Positions 20,702 to 31,800 of a stretch of DNA of 64,000 bases are shown piece after piece. This DNA comes from Candidatus Methanophagales archaeon (GTDB taxonomy: Archaea; Halobacteriota; Syntropharchaeia; Alkanophagales; Methanospirareceae): contig JANPRD010000010.1 of NCBI GenBank assembly GCA_024699715.1, forward strand, positions 39,159-103,158, written 5' to 3'. Position 1 is the first letter of the stretch; every line of letters begins with the position of its first letter. The notes below the pieces were generated by a model. The model had not been told where the DNA came from and did not search any database. It saw only the letters and a program-made list of their open reading frames with translations. The translations under genes were made by a program, and so were the position numbers.

Positions 20702-21253
20702 TCACGCCTCACGCCTCACGACTTGCGTCTCCTCGTAAGCTCTGCGCATCGCCTCCACATTTTTCGCAGCGAGCCTTCCGAAGCGCTCACGCATCGGCTC
20801 TTCAAGCGATTTCAACGAAACGATGTCCGTTGCTTTGACGAGGGCGCCTGCCATTGCGGTGTTCGTGATTGGGACGCCGAGAACTTCTCTTGCGATGCCT
20901 GTTGCATCTACCGTCGCCACCGCTCTTGCGTCAATATCCAAATCCTCAGGCTTCTTCCTCGTGTTTACGACCGCAACGCCTCCCTTTTTCAGCCTTGCGA
21001 CCACATCTCCAACAGAAAGCAAGGATGCGTCAAGCACGACAAGCACATCCGGCTCCGTGATTTCAGAGCGAATTTTTATGCGCTCCTTCTCGTCAACTCT
21101 GAGAAATGCGAGGACTGGCGCTCCCCTCCGCTCAGGTCCGAAAGAAGGCATGGACTGCGCATGCTTACCCTCTGAAATCGCCGCATGAGCAACGAGTTCA
21201 GCAAGCGTAACTCCGCCTTGACCCCCCCTGCCGTAAATGCAGACCTCAATCAT
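20702..21253 (-). CDS. porG: 2-oxoacid:ferredoxin oxidoreductase gamma subunit
   Basis: GRGGQG, FGPERRGAPV, ITNTAMAGA. Confidence 0.9.
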   Translation of the reverse strand: MIEVCIYGRGGQGGVTLAELVAHAAISEGKHAQSMPSFGPERRGAPVLAFLRVDEKERIKIRSEITEPDVLVVLDASLLSVGDVVARLKKGGVAVVNTRKKPEDLDIDARAVATVDATGIAREVLGVPITNTAMAGALVKATDIVSLKSLEEPMRERFGRLAAKNVEAMRRAYEETQVVRREA

Positions 21254-21259
21254 TTTTAC

Positions 21260-21375
21260 CCACTCTCACGCTCCCGCTCACACACACCCTCTCTCCCGCT
21301 CTCACACTCCCGCTCTCACACCCGCTCTCACACTCCCGCTCTCTCATGCTCACGCTCTCTCTCGCTCACGCCCTC
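21260..21375. repeat. intergenic low-complexity repeat (CTCCCGCTCTCACA-like units)
   Basis: Several imperfect 12-14 bp copies read directly. Confidence 0.7.
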
Positions 21376-22962
21376 ACGCCCTACGATGCTGCATTTCCAA
21401 GAACTTCGTTATTTTTTTATCTGTTTCTCGCATCGCCCTCTCAATTTCACCGAGATTTCGCAGCGTCGCATTCGCATCCTCTTCAACAATCCCGCCTACG
21501 AATTCAACACCGTTCAGAGCAAAAATAGCGCTCTTTGCCGCAGAAATAACGGCGGTAGAAGCCTTCAACGCACATTTTCGTGATGCTCCCTCGCAAACGA
21601 CGCCTGTTATGTCAGAAATCATGTTGTTAATCGCTCTCTTCACCACCTCTTCAAGCACATCTGCCTTCCTCCCTCTCCGCCCTCTCCGCAGCGGCGAGCC
21701 TCCTTTCATTCCCTCTGCCTCTTCTGCCTCCTCTGCCCCTCCGCCCTCTCTGTTTCCTCTGCTTCTGACGCTGCGAGGTAGTATGCGATTCCCGCCGAGA
21801 GTCCCACGCCCGCCTTTATTGCACAGCCGCAGATGGCGGAAATGAATCTTGTCTGCAAAGATGCGAAATTCGCAACGAGATGCGAGAGAGCAAACGCTTT
21901 CAGCAGCCTCTCCTCCTTCTTTTCATCCCAAGTTTCACACGCCTTGAGAGCAACAAAAGGCAGACTCACTGTCAAACCCATGTTTCCGGAACCTGCGCAT
22001 GTCATCACTTCCATCGGAAGCCCTGACATCCTGCCTTCTACCGCAGTCCCGACCATTAAACTTGATTTTATGACCCATTCCCATGAATCCTTCCAAGCGC
22101 CCCCCGCGTCCTTCTTCTCTTTTCCCTCGCTCTCTCCTTGCCACTCTTTCGCTTCTCGCATCTCTCTTAATGCGTTGAAGAAGCATGCGGTTTGCTTCGC
22201 AGCAGCCTCTTCAAACGCCTTTCTGTTCGTCTCTAACGCATCTCTCAACCGCTTCTTCGCACCTGCGGGAAGACGCTCAACAATTGAAATGAAATCTTCA
22301 ACACGCATCCTCGCAAGCAGAGAAAGGTCTTCCTCCATTCCCGCTGTTCCCTCGTGGTTACTGCTCTCACTGCTACCACCCGCCTCAAAAAGCACATTCC
22401 CGTTTGCTCTCACGCTCACGACGGCGGAATGCAAGCGCTTTATGAGGCACTCCCCCTCTCCCTCGGAGGTGCGAACCCTCGCAAGAATGAAAATCTCCTC
22501 CTTCTCGTAATCCGGAACGACACGAACCCTTCCAGCTTTGAGCAGAGCGTCTGCGGAACGCAGTTTCTCACGCCCCCTCTCGCCTGAAAGACCGCTGAAC
22601 AACGCCAACCTCTCCTCAGGCTCGCAGAAAATGCCGAGAGCAGCAGCAAGCGAGACGCCTGAACGCCCTCCCGTGTGTGGAATACCTGCGTTCAAAGCAT
22701 TTTTGAATGTGCCTCTGTCAAGCTCCACAAAAACGCTGACGCTCCCTGTTTCCACTTCACCCTCGCTCTCCTTCCCTTCACTCTTGCTTTTCCGCTCTCT
22801 CAGCCAAGAGGGCAATTTCCCACGAATTGCGTTGAATGCGATTGAAGATGCGAGAGCGACGGCAGCAGGCTCCGTGCATCCGACGGATTTCTCAATATGC
22901 CTTTCAAAAAAGCGAAGAGCGTCAAATTCCCTCACTTGCTGCGAGTGTGCCATTTTCCTCAA
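21374..22962 (-). CDS. L-cysteine desulfidase/serine dehydratase alpha family (CyuA/YhaM-like), frameshift near 21720
   Basis: GCTEPAAVA, RMSG..VMTCAGSGNMG, SAICGC; the downstream frame has GVVCEGASRKCALK. Confidence 0.85.
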
Positions 22963-22972
22963 CCTTAATTTT

Positions 22973-23751
22973 TCATTTTATGCCATCTTCAACGCCTCTT
23001 TCGGTGATAATGAACTCGCAGGAAAGACCTTCAGGCATTGAACGATGTTTTTTAAGTATTGCTCGCCTCCGACTTTCGCCCATTTTTTCCAATTGAACAA
23101 TAATTTTTGAGAGATGTTCAAGGGCAAGCCCGCCAGAAGCACGCAACTTACCATTTTCTATGTCCATATACACTTGATTTGTGATGATTACCGCAATATC
23201 ATGCCTTCGTGCAAGTTCCAAGAGATGCAAAATCTGGTTTGCGAGGCGACGACGCATCTGCATGCTCCGCTCTTCATTCGGCTCCAAGCGGTAGAAGACT
23301 GTTGCGGAATCAAGAATGACAAGGGCAACATCGCTTTCTCCCCCGCTCTCACCCTTATTCCCGCTCTCCTCGCCCCACTCATCGTTTGCTCTTTTTTCCT
23401 TTGCCTGCTCTTTTTTCCTTTTTCTGCGATAAATCGCTCAATTTCAGCGATACATTTCTCTTGTTGCTCAAAATTGTGAGCCTCAAATACAATAATTCGT
23501 CTCGCAATTTCTTCAATATCACCACGAGAACTCGCAATCTGGAAGAATCTTTCGGGTGAAAATCCCTCGCAGTCAAGGAAAATGACTGTCTTTCCGCTCT
23601 TCGCACACTCAACCGCCGTTTGAATGCAGATGTTTGTTTTTCCGCTTCCCGCCTCGCCGTAGAGCTGCGTGATTGTGCCTGACTCAAAACCGCCACCGAG
23701 CAAATCGTCTATGCTCCTGCAACCGCTCGTGTATTTCGTCGGAAATCTCAT
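22973..23751 (-). CDS. radB: DNA repair protein RadB, frameshifted
   Basis: DDLLGGG, YGEAGSGKT, ITNQV and the RadB-specific KHR motif (LKKHRS). Confidence 0.9.
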
Positions 23752-23869
23752 TTCGCCTCCGCCAGCATTTACACTACCTTTCCCCCTTTAACCCCCTCAA
23801 ATAAAAAATCCTTGCTCACGAGAGCGGAGGATTCTGTCTTTTTCCTGTTGTTTCCATTTAGGAGTAAGA

Positions 23870-24436
23870 ATGAATGGTAGGCGAAAGGTGGTAGTGGACA
23901 CGAACGCATTTTTCATTCCAGAAGTGTTCGGCGTTGACATTTTTTCGGAGCTTGAGCGACTCGGCTACACGGAAATTCTTGTGCCTGCGGAGGTTCTCTC
24001 GGAGTTGGAGCGTTTGAGGCGGAAGCGTGGGTTGAAAGGGCGTGAGAAAAGGGCGTTGAATGTCGCTCTCGCTCTCATTCAAAAGTATGCGGCGGAAACG
24101 GAGAAGGCAGAAGAAGCGGAAAGGGTGCGTGAGAGAAGAGGCGAGGCTGACGGTGGTGCGTGTGGTGCGACATCTGGCGGTGAAATGCGGCGAAGAATTT
24201 TCAGTGTGCGGATATTGCGTGCAGGTGGAGAGCGAGGGGCGGAGAAGACAGAGCAGGTGGCAGGCGAAGTGGGCGAAAATCGCAGGAAAAGCACGGACGA
24301 GGCGATTGAGGAGATTGCACTGCGAGAGCGTGCTGCTGTTCTGACGCTTGACGAGGATTTGCGTCGTCGCCTTCGTAAGAAGGGCATCCTAACCATTCAC
24401 CTGCGAGGCGGTAGTCGGCTTGAGGAGGCGTGGTGA
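23870..24436 (+). CDS. PIN-domain protein (Fcf1/Utp24-like)
   Basis: VVVDTNAF, VLSEL, TDEAI, LTLDEDLRRRL. Confidence 0.85.
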   Translation: MNGRRKVVVDTNAFFIPEVFGVDIFSELERLGYTEILVPAEVLSELERLRRKRGLKGREKRALNVALALIQKYAAETEKAEEAERVRERRGEADGGACGATSGGEMRRRIFSVRILRAGGERGAEKTEQVAGEVGENRRKSTDEAIEEIALRERAAVLTLDEDLRRRLRKKGILTIHLRGGSRLEEAW

Positions 24437-24489
24437 AGAGGCGTGTAAGGTAGAGTAAGAGGTAAGGGGAGAGGAGGCGTGGGAGAGCG

Positions 24490-25803
24490 ATGCGGAAGCT
24501 AATTTCGCTGGGCGAGGCACTCGCTATTTTGTTGCGGACTGCACGCAATTTCACTGTTGGCGTTGAGAGAGTTGATTTTGACGCCTCGCTTGGAAGGGTG
24601 CTTGCGGAGGACATTCGCTCACCTTCGGACATCCCTCCATTTGACAGGGCTGCGATGGACGGCTTTGCGGTGCGTGGCGAGGACACCTTCGGCGCTTCTC
24701 CTGAAAATCCTGTTGTTTTGCGGAAGGCGGGGACGGCAGGAGGCAAAGAAGGCGAAGGGAGGAAGGAAGAGAGTTCGGAGGAGAGCGTGAGCGTTCAAGC
24801 GGGAGAGTATTTGCCCATTCAGACGGGCATGCGGATGCCTGCGGGAAGCAATGCGGTTCTAATGCTTGAATATGCCCGTGAGCGTTCAAAAGGCGAGTTA
24901 GAGGTCTTCAAGCCCGTTCCACCCGGCAAAAATGTCTCGTTCAAAGGTGAGGACATTCGTGAAGGCGAACTTCTGCTGAAATCAGGTAAAATTCTTAACG
25001 CTTACGACATAGGAGTGCTTGCATCAATCTCAAAAACGAGTGTTAAGGTGCGGAAGAGGGTGAAAGTTGGCATTATTGCCACTGGTGATGAGATTTTTGA
25101 CCCGAAAACGCAGGCTAAGGTGGAAGGAAAAATAGCGGATTCAAACTCTTTTGTTCTTTCTGCCTTGCTTTCTTCTGCTGCGGAAATTGCAGAACCCATT
25201 CGTTTTGGCATCGTCAAGGATGATTTAGGCGAGATAAAGGATGCAGTTTCCCATGCATTGAGGCGTTGCGATGTTCTGCTGCTCACAGGCGGAAGTTCTG
25301 TCGGCGAGAGGGACTTTTCAGAGGCGGTTGTTAAAGAGTTGGGAGGTGAAATCCTCTTTCACGGCGTCGCAATCAGACCTGGGGAGCCTGTCGGCTTCGG
25401 GATTGTTTGTGAGAAGCCTGTTTTCTTGCTTCCCGGATTTCCAGTCGCAACGATTTCCGCATTTGAACTGCTCGTAAGACCGTTTTTGTGGGAGATGCTC
25501 GGCGTTTCCTATTCTTCGGATTCGCAGACAGCTGAACAAACGAAGAGGGCGTGGCTACACGGTCGCTGCGTAGTTACTGCGGTAGCAGCCAGAAAGATTC
25601 CCTCAGCAGTCGGCAGGACGGACTTCGTGAGAGTGAAACTGAGAAAAACAGAGGAGGGCTTCTTCGCAGCGGAGCCTGTGCGAGTGAGCGGTTCAGGCAT
25701 ACTCTCAAGCATGACGAAATCAGACGGCTTCGTTGTTGTTGAGGATGAGAAGGAAGGGATTGCGAAGGGAGAGCGTGTGCTTGTCTGCCTGCACTCATTT
25801 TAA
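24490..25803 (+). CDS. moeA: molybdopterin molybdo/tungstotransferase
   Basis: PPFDRAAMDGFAV, ATGDE, TGGSSVG, LPGFPV. Confidence 0.95.
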   Translation: MRKLISLGEALAILLRTARNFTVGVERVDFDASLGRVLAEDIRSPSDIPPFDRAAMDGFAVRGEDTFGASPENPVVLRKAGTAGGKEGEGRKEESSEESVSVQAGEYLPIQTGMRMPAGSNAVLMLEYARERSKGELEVFKPVPPGKNVSFKGEDIREGELLLKSGKILNAYDIGVLASISKTSVKVRKRVKVGIIATGDEIFDPKTQAKVEGKIADSNSFVLSALLSSAAEIAEPIRFGIVKDDLGEIKDAVSHALRRCDVLLLTGGSSVGERDFSEAVVKELGGEILFHGVAIRPGEPVGFGIVCEKPVFLLPGFPVATISAFELLVRPFLWEMLGVSYSSDSQTAEQTKRAWLHGRCVVTAVAARKIPSAVGRTDFVRVKLRKTEEGFFAAEPVRVSGSGILSSMTKSDGFVVVEDEKEGIAKGERVLVCLHSF

Positions 25804-25996
25804 CGCAAACGCAAAACTCACATTCGTTTCTTTTCCTCTTCCTTCTTTTCCTTCTCACCCTCCTTTCCGCCTTCTCCTTATCTCACTCTTGCGAGCTTTC
25901 CTCACTTTCCTTCTTCTGTCCTTTCTGCTTCGGATGCTGACACACAGGAAGAAGATGGCGAAAAATTTAAGGCAAACCCTCTACTCACATCTAAAG

Positions 25997-26839
25997 ATGG
26001 ACAAGAAGGACTTGGCGATTGCGGTGTTAAGCATCCTGCTCATCCTTTCTGTTGCGTCCTCGCTCGTCACTTACCACTACCAACAGCAAATAATTGAAAA
26101 GCAACTGCAAATCATCAGAGAACTCTCAACAGGCGGAGCGACAGGCTCAGGCGTCAGCACTCCCCCCAGCACACCCTCCAGCACCAGCATACCCTCAACC
26201 CCAGCAACCGCAGGCACTTTCACACAAGAGCGCTCAGCATCCGCAAATATCGTAGCGGTGAGAAGCGACACGGAGGAAGGCGTAATCGGTAAAGTGAATG
26301 TTGAGGTTAAGAACGGAACGGGCAGGGTGCTTGCGAACACGAAGCCTTTCGTTGAGCCAGACACGCAGTATTCTGTGCGGACTGCCGTTAAAGTTGCAAC
26401 TGAATACACGCATTCAGACATGAATAGTATGGATTTCATCGTCTCTTTTGACATAAACGGCACTTTAATCGGCGGTCCTTCAGCGGGAGCTGCAATAACT
26501 GCGGCGACAATTGCAGCTTTAGAGGGAAAGAAGGTGCGGGAAGATGTCGCAATCACGGGAACAATTGAGGAGGACGGTAGCATTGGAAGGGTTGGTGCTG
26601 TCTTTGAGAAGGCAGTCGCAGCGGAGAAGAACGGCATTCGCCTGTTTTTAGTGCCGAAGGGTCAGCGTGTCGTCACTTTCTGGGAGCGAAAAGAGGTGAA
26701 GAGGCAGATAGGTCCATTCTCTTTCATTCAAGTCTACTACGAGCCGAAGCGAATTGACCTCGCTGAATACATGCGTGGTAAAATGGATGTGCAAGAAGTC
26801 TCTTCAATTGACGATGTCGTGAAATATATGATATACTGA
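25997..26839 (+). CDS. membrane-anchored Lon-like (S16) serine protease domain protein
   Basis: N-terminal TM, S/T/P linker, GGPSAG (Ser), TGTI..DGSIG.VG..EK (Lys). Confidence 0.85.
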   Translation: MDKKDLAIAVLSILLILSVASSLVTYHYQQQIIEKQLQIIRELSTGGATGSGVSTPPSTPSSTSIPSTPATAGTFTQERSASANIVAVRSDTEEGVIGKVNVEVKNGTGRVLANTKPFVEPDTQYSVRTAVKVATEYTHSDMNSMDFIVSFDINGTLIGGPSAGAAITAATIAALEGKKVREDVAITGTIEEDGSIGRVGAVFEKAVAAEKNGIRLFLVPKGQRVVTFWERKEVKRQIGPFSFIQVYYEPKRIDLAEYMRGKMDVQEVSSIDDVVKYMIY

Positions 26840-26896
26840 AACTGGTGCTGTCAGGTGATTTAATGAGAGTATTGATGAAAGAGAGGCGAAAAAGCA

Positions 26897-27776
26897 TCAG
26901 AATTCCCTGAAATTCCCCATTCTGAACTCCGCTTTATACGGGTTAAAGACCTTTTTACGCTTGAAATCAACATCAAGATGGATTGCCCAGAATCCGTAGC
27001 GACCCTCGTCGAGCAGGATTTCAATGCGATGCGTCTCGTGAACGGGAGAAGAGATGTTCGTTGCCTTGCCGTAGAAGTTCCAGAGCGGGTCAATGATGAA
27101 CCAGTTTGAGAGGTCTCGCCAGTCTCCTCCCGTGTAAATGATGCCGTAGGCGTGGACGCCTGAGGATGCCCATGCGACGCTCTTAGGTCCGAGATGCTTG
27201 AAAGCCACTCTGCAAAGGTCTCTCGTGTAATGCACGCACACCGCATTATTCTTCGGAGGCTCTATGCTCGTGTAGTGCCTCAGCCAAGAGACAACACGAG
27301 ACGCATTCCTCGGCGGAATGAACTCGTTTAGAATGAACGCACCGCTCTTCTTCCGCTCAATCGTGAAGTTCGTCAGATTCCACACCGGAATCTCCTTCGC
27401 AACACGAAATTTGTAGTCAAGAGGCACTCGCTCCGCAAAATAGTAAAAATCTCGGTAGTCGCATTTCAGGTCTGCGTTCAAATCCCAAGGCACAAAACAC
27501 GAGTATCGCTCGTTGAAATGACTCTTCAAAATATCTAAATCCGTTTGATTTATCACGCCGTCGTCGTTGAAGTCCAAGGTCCGTGAGGGATGGCTCCCGC
27601 TTGACAACAACCGCAGCTGGCTCATCCGCTCCCACAACCAACGACATCTGCTTCACATGCGTTTCTCTCTCCAGATGAATGAAGGCGGCGCCATTTCTGA
27701 CACTGGAAGAGCAAGCAAGAAGGAAGAATGCTGAAAGCAGTAGCAGCAGAATGAGGAGGATACTCTCACGCCTCAT
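26897..27776 (-). CDS. secreted dockerin/EF-hand protein with a putative transglutaminase-like domain, frameshift near 27585
   Basis: Signal peptide in ORF 27417..27806; DFNDDGVINQTDL and DLNADLKCDYRDF pair; CVHY / HAY / IIDP triad-like motifs. Confidence 0.55.
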
Positions 27777-28560
27777 TTCCCACAAGCTCTCGCACTTTAC
27801 CCTCAATGTCTTCGGATTTCATTATCGCAGTTCCGACGAGAATCGCATCCGCTCCCGCTTTGAACATCCGCTCAGCGTCCTTCCCGCTCTCAATACCGCT
27901 CATCGCCACCAAAGGCACATCCGGAAACGCATCCTTCAGCGAGGGAGCGAGCTCCTCAAACACCGCAAGGTCAACATCAAGCGTTTCCAAGTCCCTGTTG
28001 TTTATGCCGATGAGCGATGCGAAGGAGGCGTCAGCGGAGAGAACCTTCGCAACAGAGGTGCGGTCAACCTCAACAAGCGTCTCCATTCGCAGCGAGAAAG
28101 CGGTCTCTGCGAGAGAACGCAAAGCATCAACGCTCAAGAACCGTGCAATCAGAAGGACAGCGTCGGCGCCGTGAGCGAAAGCCTCAATCACCTGAAAATC
28201 GTCAAAAATGAAGTCCTTCCGCAAAACTGGAACACTGACCGCAAGCTTCACGCTGCGCAAGTCCTCTAAATCGCCAAGAAACGCCTCATCCGTAAGCACG
28301 GAAATCGCACACGCCCCACCACGCTCCATCCTCTTCGCAACGCTCGCAGCATCAGCGCCAACGCTCTGTGCGAGATTTTTCACACCTTCGCTTTCTCCCT
28401 CTCTCAGCCCCCTCCTTTTCACTTCCGCAATTACAGCTCGCTTCCCCTCGCTTCTCGCTTTTAAAATCGCACCCCTCAAACTCCTACGCTCCTTCAATCG
28501 CTCAACAATCCCCCTTTTCCTCCCTAAAATCTCCTCTACCATCAATAAATGATTGAACAT
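27766..28560 (-). CDS. trpC: indole-3-glycerol phosphate synthase
   Basis: IAEVKR, ISVLTD, LRKDFI, GINNRDL, SGI. Confidence 0.95.
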   Translation of the reverse strand: MFNHLLMVEEILGRKRGIVERLKERRSLRGAILKARSEGKRAVIAEVKRRGLREGESEGVKNLAQSVGADAASVAKRMERGGACAISVLTDEAFLGDLEDLRSVKLAVSVPVLRKDFIFDDFQVIEAFAHGADAVLLIARFLSVDALRSLAETAFSLRMETLVEVDRTSVAKVLSADASFASLIGINNRDLETLDVDLAVFEELAPSLKDAFPDVPLVAMSGIESGKDAERMFKAGADAILVGTAIMKSEDIEGKVRELVGNEA

Positions 28561-28928
28561 CCATATTTCGCCTCCTTCAAGTATTCCTTTTTCATAATTT
28601 TTCCTAATATATCATATTCACTCATGCATTTTGTTTTAAGCATGTGACGAGCAGGAGAAGGCGTTTCTATAAATGTAAGCCCGTAGAGCGTGGATGATTA
28701 AGGTGGGAATATTTAATCTTGAGAATAGCATCAGAAGAGATTAAAAGGCAGATAGATATACAGATTCGCAGCGAAGATCACTCGAAGATGCCCTGCAAAA
28801 GTATAGAGCGGAAATATAAATGAAAAAGTGGAAAGAGGAAAGGGGTATAAAGCGTGAAAATTTCTTATTTTTTCTCTCTTCCTTCCCGAAATACAGGGCT
28901 AAAAAAGGAAAAAGAAGAGAGAATGAGA

Positions 28929-30050
28929 TTAATCCACCTTTTCAAACCTGCTTTCTATTTTCTTCAGCACATCTGGTAGCGTTGTGTATTCCATTTCCTC
29001 AAGCGGAAGGCGGTGAGGCTCAAAAGGTCCGTGCTCACGCATGTAATTTGCCACTTCGTTTGCCCTTCTTCGTGCCTCTTCAAAAGCGACATCGTCAAAA
29101 AGGTCGGCAGGACCTACGAGTCTTCCGTTGCTTATTTGGAATCCTGCGGCGAGAACTCTCGGCGGTCCGTCAAAGCGTGTGCATTTTGAGTATTTGAACG
29201 GCACGGGCATTATCGGTCCATTATGAGAGCCTCGCATCCAACCGCTCACGAGGAAAGGGCGGGCGAAAGGCTCCAAGACCTCACCGAGCGCTGGAAGCCC
29301 TGACTGCGCACGAACTAAAGCGACAGGGTCATCCTTACCAATATACTTACCAGCAATAAAGAACAATTTTTCGGTGCTTATCACAGCAACAGGCTCATCT
29401 TTCGGCAAAGGACTGCCTTCCTTTGGGAATACTCGCTTTATCACATACCTACTTTTAGCGCCGATGAGTGCAAGAATCTCATGCATCTCCTCCGGTGCAT
29501 CTAAAAATACCCTGCGATGTTCCTTAATATCCCAGATTTCAAATCTGAAGCCTTGATGCATCGTCGGGTCAATTACGAGACCTGCGGTGTTGAAAGGGTC
29601 TGCGAATATGCGGAAAATCGGCAAATTGAACGCTCCAGGCTCCGTCTTGTCCATCATGAAAACAACAAGTGGCTCAGAGCCTCTCTCCGTGAACTCCATT
29701 TCTGCAATTCCTGGGCCCATTCCACGAATGTTTCCGCTGAACGCATCCTTCAGCAAATCTTGACCGGCGCCGTGCAATTTCAGCTCTTTCGCAATTTTCG
29801 TCGCAGCTTCAAATGTGTCCCACGCAAGCTTGTGAATCTCCTCTGCGTCAACCCCTTTACGATGGCTCATTAACAATTGAAGGTCGTCTCCTGCGTTCAT
29901 CACGCAGTAATCTATGAGCAGTCCTGCGTCACGAGCCTCCTTTAACCTCTTCTCCGCCTCCTTCTTCAATTCCTCACGAACCGTTGAATGTCCCGGAAAT
30001 CCGCCGACATCCGCCTTTATTAAACTCACCGTCACCTTCTCCCCCGTCAT
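28929..30050 (-). CDS. fbp: bifunctional fructose-1,6-bisphosphate aldolase/phosphatase (class V)
   Basis: KADVGG, GAGQDLL, DKTEPGAFN, GKDDP, GWMRGSH, MEYTT. Confidence 0.95.
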   Translation of the reverse strand: MTGEKVTVSLIKADVGGFPGHSTVREELKKEAEKRLKEARDAGLLIDYCVMNAGDDLQLLMSHRKGVDAEEIHKLAWDTFEAATKIAKELKLHGAGQDLLKDAFSGNIRGMGPGIAEMEFTERGSEPLVVFMMDKTEPGAFNLPIFRIFADPFNTAGLVIDPTMHQGFRFEIWDIKEHRRVFLDAPEEMHEILALIGAKSRYVIKRVFPKEGSPLPKDEPVAVISTEKLFFIAGKYIGKDDPVALVRAQSGLPALGEVLEPFARPFLVSGWMRGSHNGPIMPVPFKYSKCTRFDGPPRVLAAGFQISNGRLVGPADLFDDVAFEEARRRANEVANYMREHGPFEPHRLPLEEMEYTTLPDVLKKIESRFEKVD

Positions 30051-30185
30051 CTCACCCGCCTCTTGTGAGTCGCACATGTTAAAGGTTTCCCACTCTCACA
30101 CTCCCCTTTCCTTTCTCCTTCCTTCTCACTGCCTCCCTCCTCCTCACGCCTTCCTCCTTCCCTTCTCTCGTTCTCTCCGTTCTCC

Positions 30186-30695
30186 CTACTTCACGCTCTC
30201 CTTCCTCTGCTTCCCGTATTTTTCGGCGGGGTCAAACACCTTCTCGCTCACGATTTCGCCGTTCAGCCTTCGGTAGAAGCAAGAGCGGTAGCCGGTGTGG
30301 CAAGCACCGCCTTTCTGCTCAACTTTCAGCAGAATCGCATCACCGTCGCAGTCAATCAGGATGTCCTTCACAATCTGCTCGTTCCCTGAAGTCTCGCCCT
30401 TCCGCCAGATTTTTCGGCGACTCCTGCTCCAGTAGTGTGCTTTCCCTGTTTGAAGCGTGAGGCGTAGTGCTTCCTTGTTCATGTGTGCGAGCATCAACAC
30501 CTCACCTGTTTTGTAATCTTGGGCGATTGCATGCATCAGAACCTCTCCTTTGTCGTCTGTTTCTACACCCTCAACGCTTTCTACGCCACCTACAATGCCC
30601 TCTAATTTTTTCATTAGAGTTTTCTCGTCAAGCGTTGTTGTTTTTTGCGTCCTCTTCTCCTCCTCTTCTCGCTCTCCTTCCCCCTCACCTTTCAT
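30186..30695 (-). CDS. hisI: phosphoribosyl-AMP cyclohydrolase
   Basis: [27 protein letters not shown]. Confidence 0.95.
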   Translation of the reverse strand: MKGEGEGEREEEEKRTQKTTTLDEKTLMKKLEGIVGGVESVEGVETDDKGEVLMHAIAQDYKTGEVLMLAHMNKEALRLTLQTGKAHYWSRSRRKIWRKGETSGNEQIVKDILIDCDGDAILLKVEQKGGACHTGYRSCFYRRLNGEIVSEKVFDPAEKYGKQRKESVK

Positions 30696-30700
30696 TTCTC

Positions 30701-31735
30701 TTACTCCTCTCCTTCCCTCGCACTCCTTGCTCTCCTACTACTTGCACTTTCTACTCTTATATCTCCAGCAACATGCTCCCTTTCATTCTTTTTTGCCATT
30801 TCCCTTCGCTGACGACGCAATTCTTCAATTGTCTTGTTCTGCAAACTGACAATTAAGTCGGCAAGCATGCCAAAAATCATTATTTGAACGCCTGAAATAA
30901 TCATTAGCGATGTGAAAACGGTGAGAAGCGTGTGAGAAATCCCCTTAAGCCATTCCATTACGACATAAATACCTGAAATTATGCCTACAATGATGAATAA
31001 GAGACCGATAATGCCGAAGTAGAAGAGCGGATTATGCGTTTTAACGAGTTCGTAGAGGGTGAATGCGATTTTTGAGCCGTCCCTGAATGTGTGAAGTTTT
31101 GAGCGACCTTTGCGTTTTCCGTATTTTATCGGCACTTCAGCGATGCGGAAGCCCTTTTTCACCGTCTCAATCGTCATCTCCGCCTCAATCTCAAACCCCT
31201 CCTTCGCAAGCTCCATCTCCTCCACAAGCTCCCTGCTCAACGCCCTGTAGCCCGAAAGGATGTCGTTGAGTTTCACGCCGTATGCGAATGCGAAGAGCTT
31301 GTTCAGGGCGAAGTTACCGATGCGGTGGATGAGCGTGAAATGACCGCCGTAAGCGAAGCGGTTTCCTATCACATGCTCCGCCTCACCGCTGAAAATCGGC
31401 TCAAGCAACTTCTCAACCTCAGAAGGCTCGTAAGTCCCGTCGCCGTCAATCAGGACGAAAATTCTCGCATCCGCAATTTTGAATGCCTGCTGGACTGCCG
31501 CTCCTTTCCCTTTACCCTCCTGAACGACCACTTTCGCTCCCGCAGATTCCGCAATCTCCCTTGTGCGGTCTGTGCTATGCCCGTCAATCACGAGAATGTT
31601 CCTGAAGCCTTGCTCCTTGAAGCCTCTCACAACTTCTCCAATCGTCGCTTCCTCATTCAAAGTCGGAATAATAATGCAGACATCGTCCTTCCGCTCTTCA
31701 TTCTCTCGTCCTCGCTCTTGCTCACGCTCTCGCAT
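30701..31735 (-). CDS. aglJ: S-layer N-glycosylation GT2 glycosyltransferase AglJ-like
   Basis: IPTLNEE, DGHSTD, DGDGTY, DILSGYR, GFEIEAE, NPLFYFG and two C-terminal TM helices. Confidence 0.8.
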   Translation of the reverse strand: MREREQERGRENEERKDDVCIIIPTLNEEATIGEVVRGFKEQGFRNILVIDGHSTDRTREIAESAGAKVVVQEGKGKGAAVQQAFKIADARIFVLIDGDGTYEPSEVEKLLEPIFSGEAEHVIGNRFAYGGHFTLIHRIGNFALNKLFAFAYGVKLNDILSGYRALSRELVEEMELAKEGFEIEAEMTIETVKKGFRIAEVPIKYGKRKGRSKLHTFRDGSKIAFTLYELVKTHNPLFYFGIIGLLFIIVGIISGIYVVMEWLKGISHTLLTVFTSLMIISGVQIMIFGMLADLIVSLQNKTIEELRRQRREMAKKNEREHVAGDIRVESASSRRARSAREGEE

Positions 31736-31800
31736 TCTTCGCAAAAAATTGAAAGAGAGAAAGAAAAGTTTCACGCACCGCAGACATGCAACTCAGCGCC

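Noticed and set aside
28600-28930. Gene or mobile remnant in the AT-rich trpC-fbp spacer
   Set aside because: It contains a GATC and looks atypical, but I found no interpretable ORF or repeat. ORF 28820..29197 is mostly antisense to fbp.
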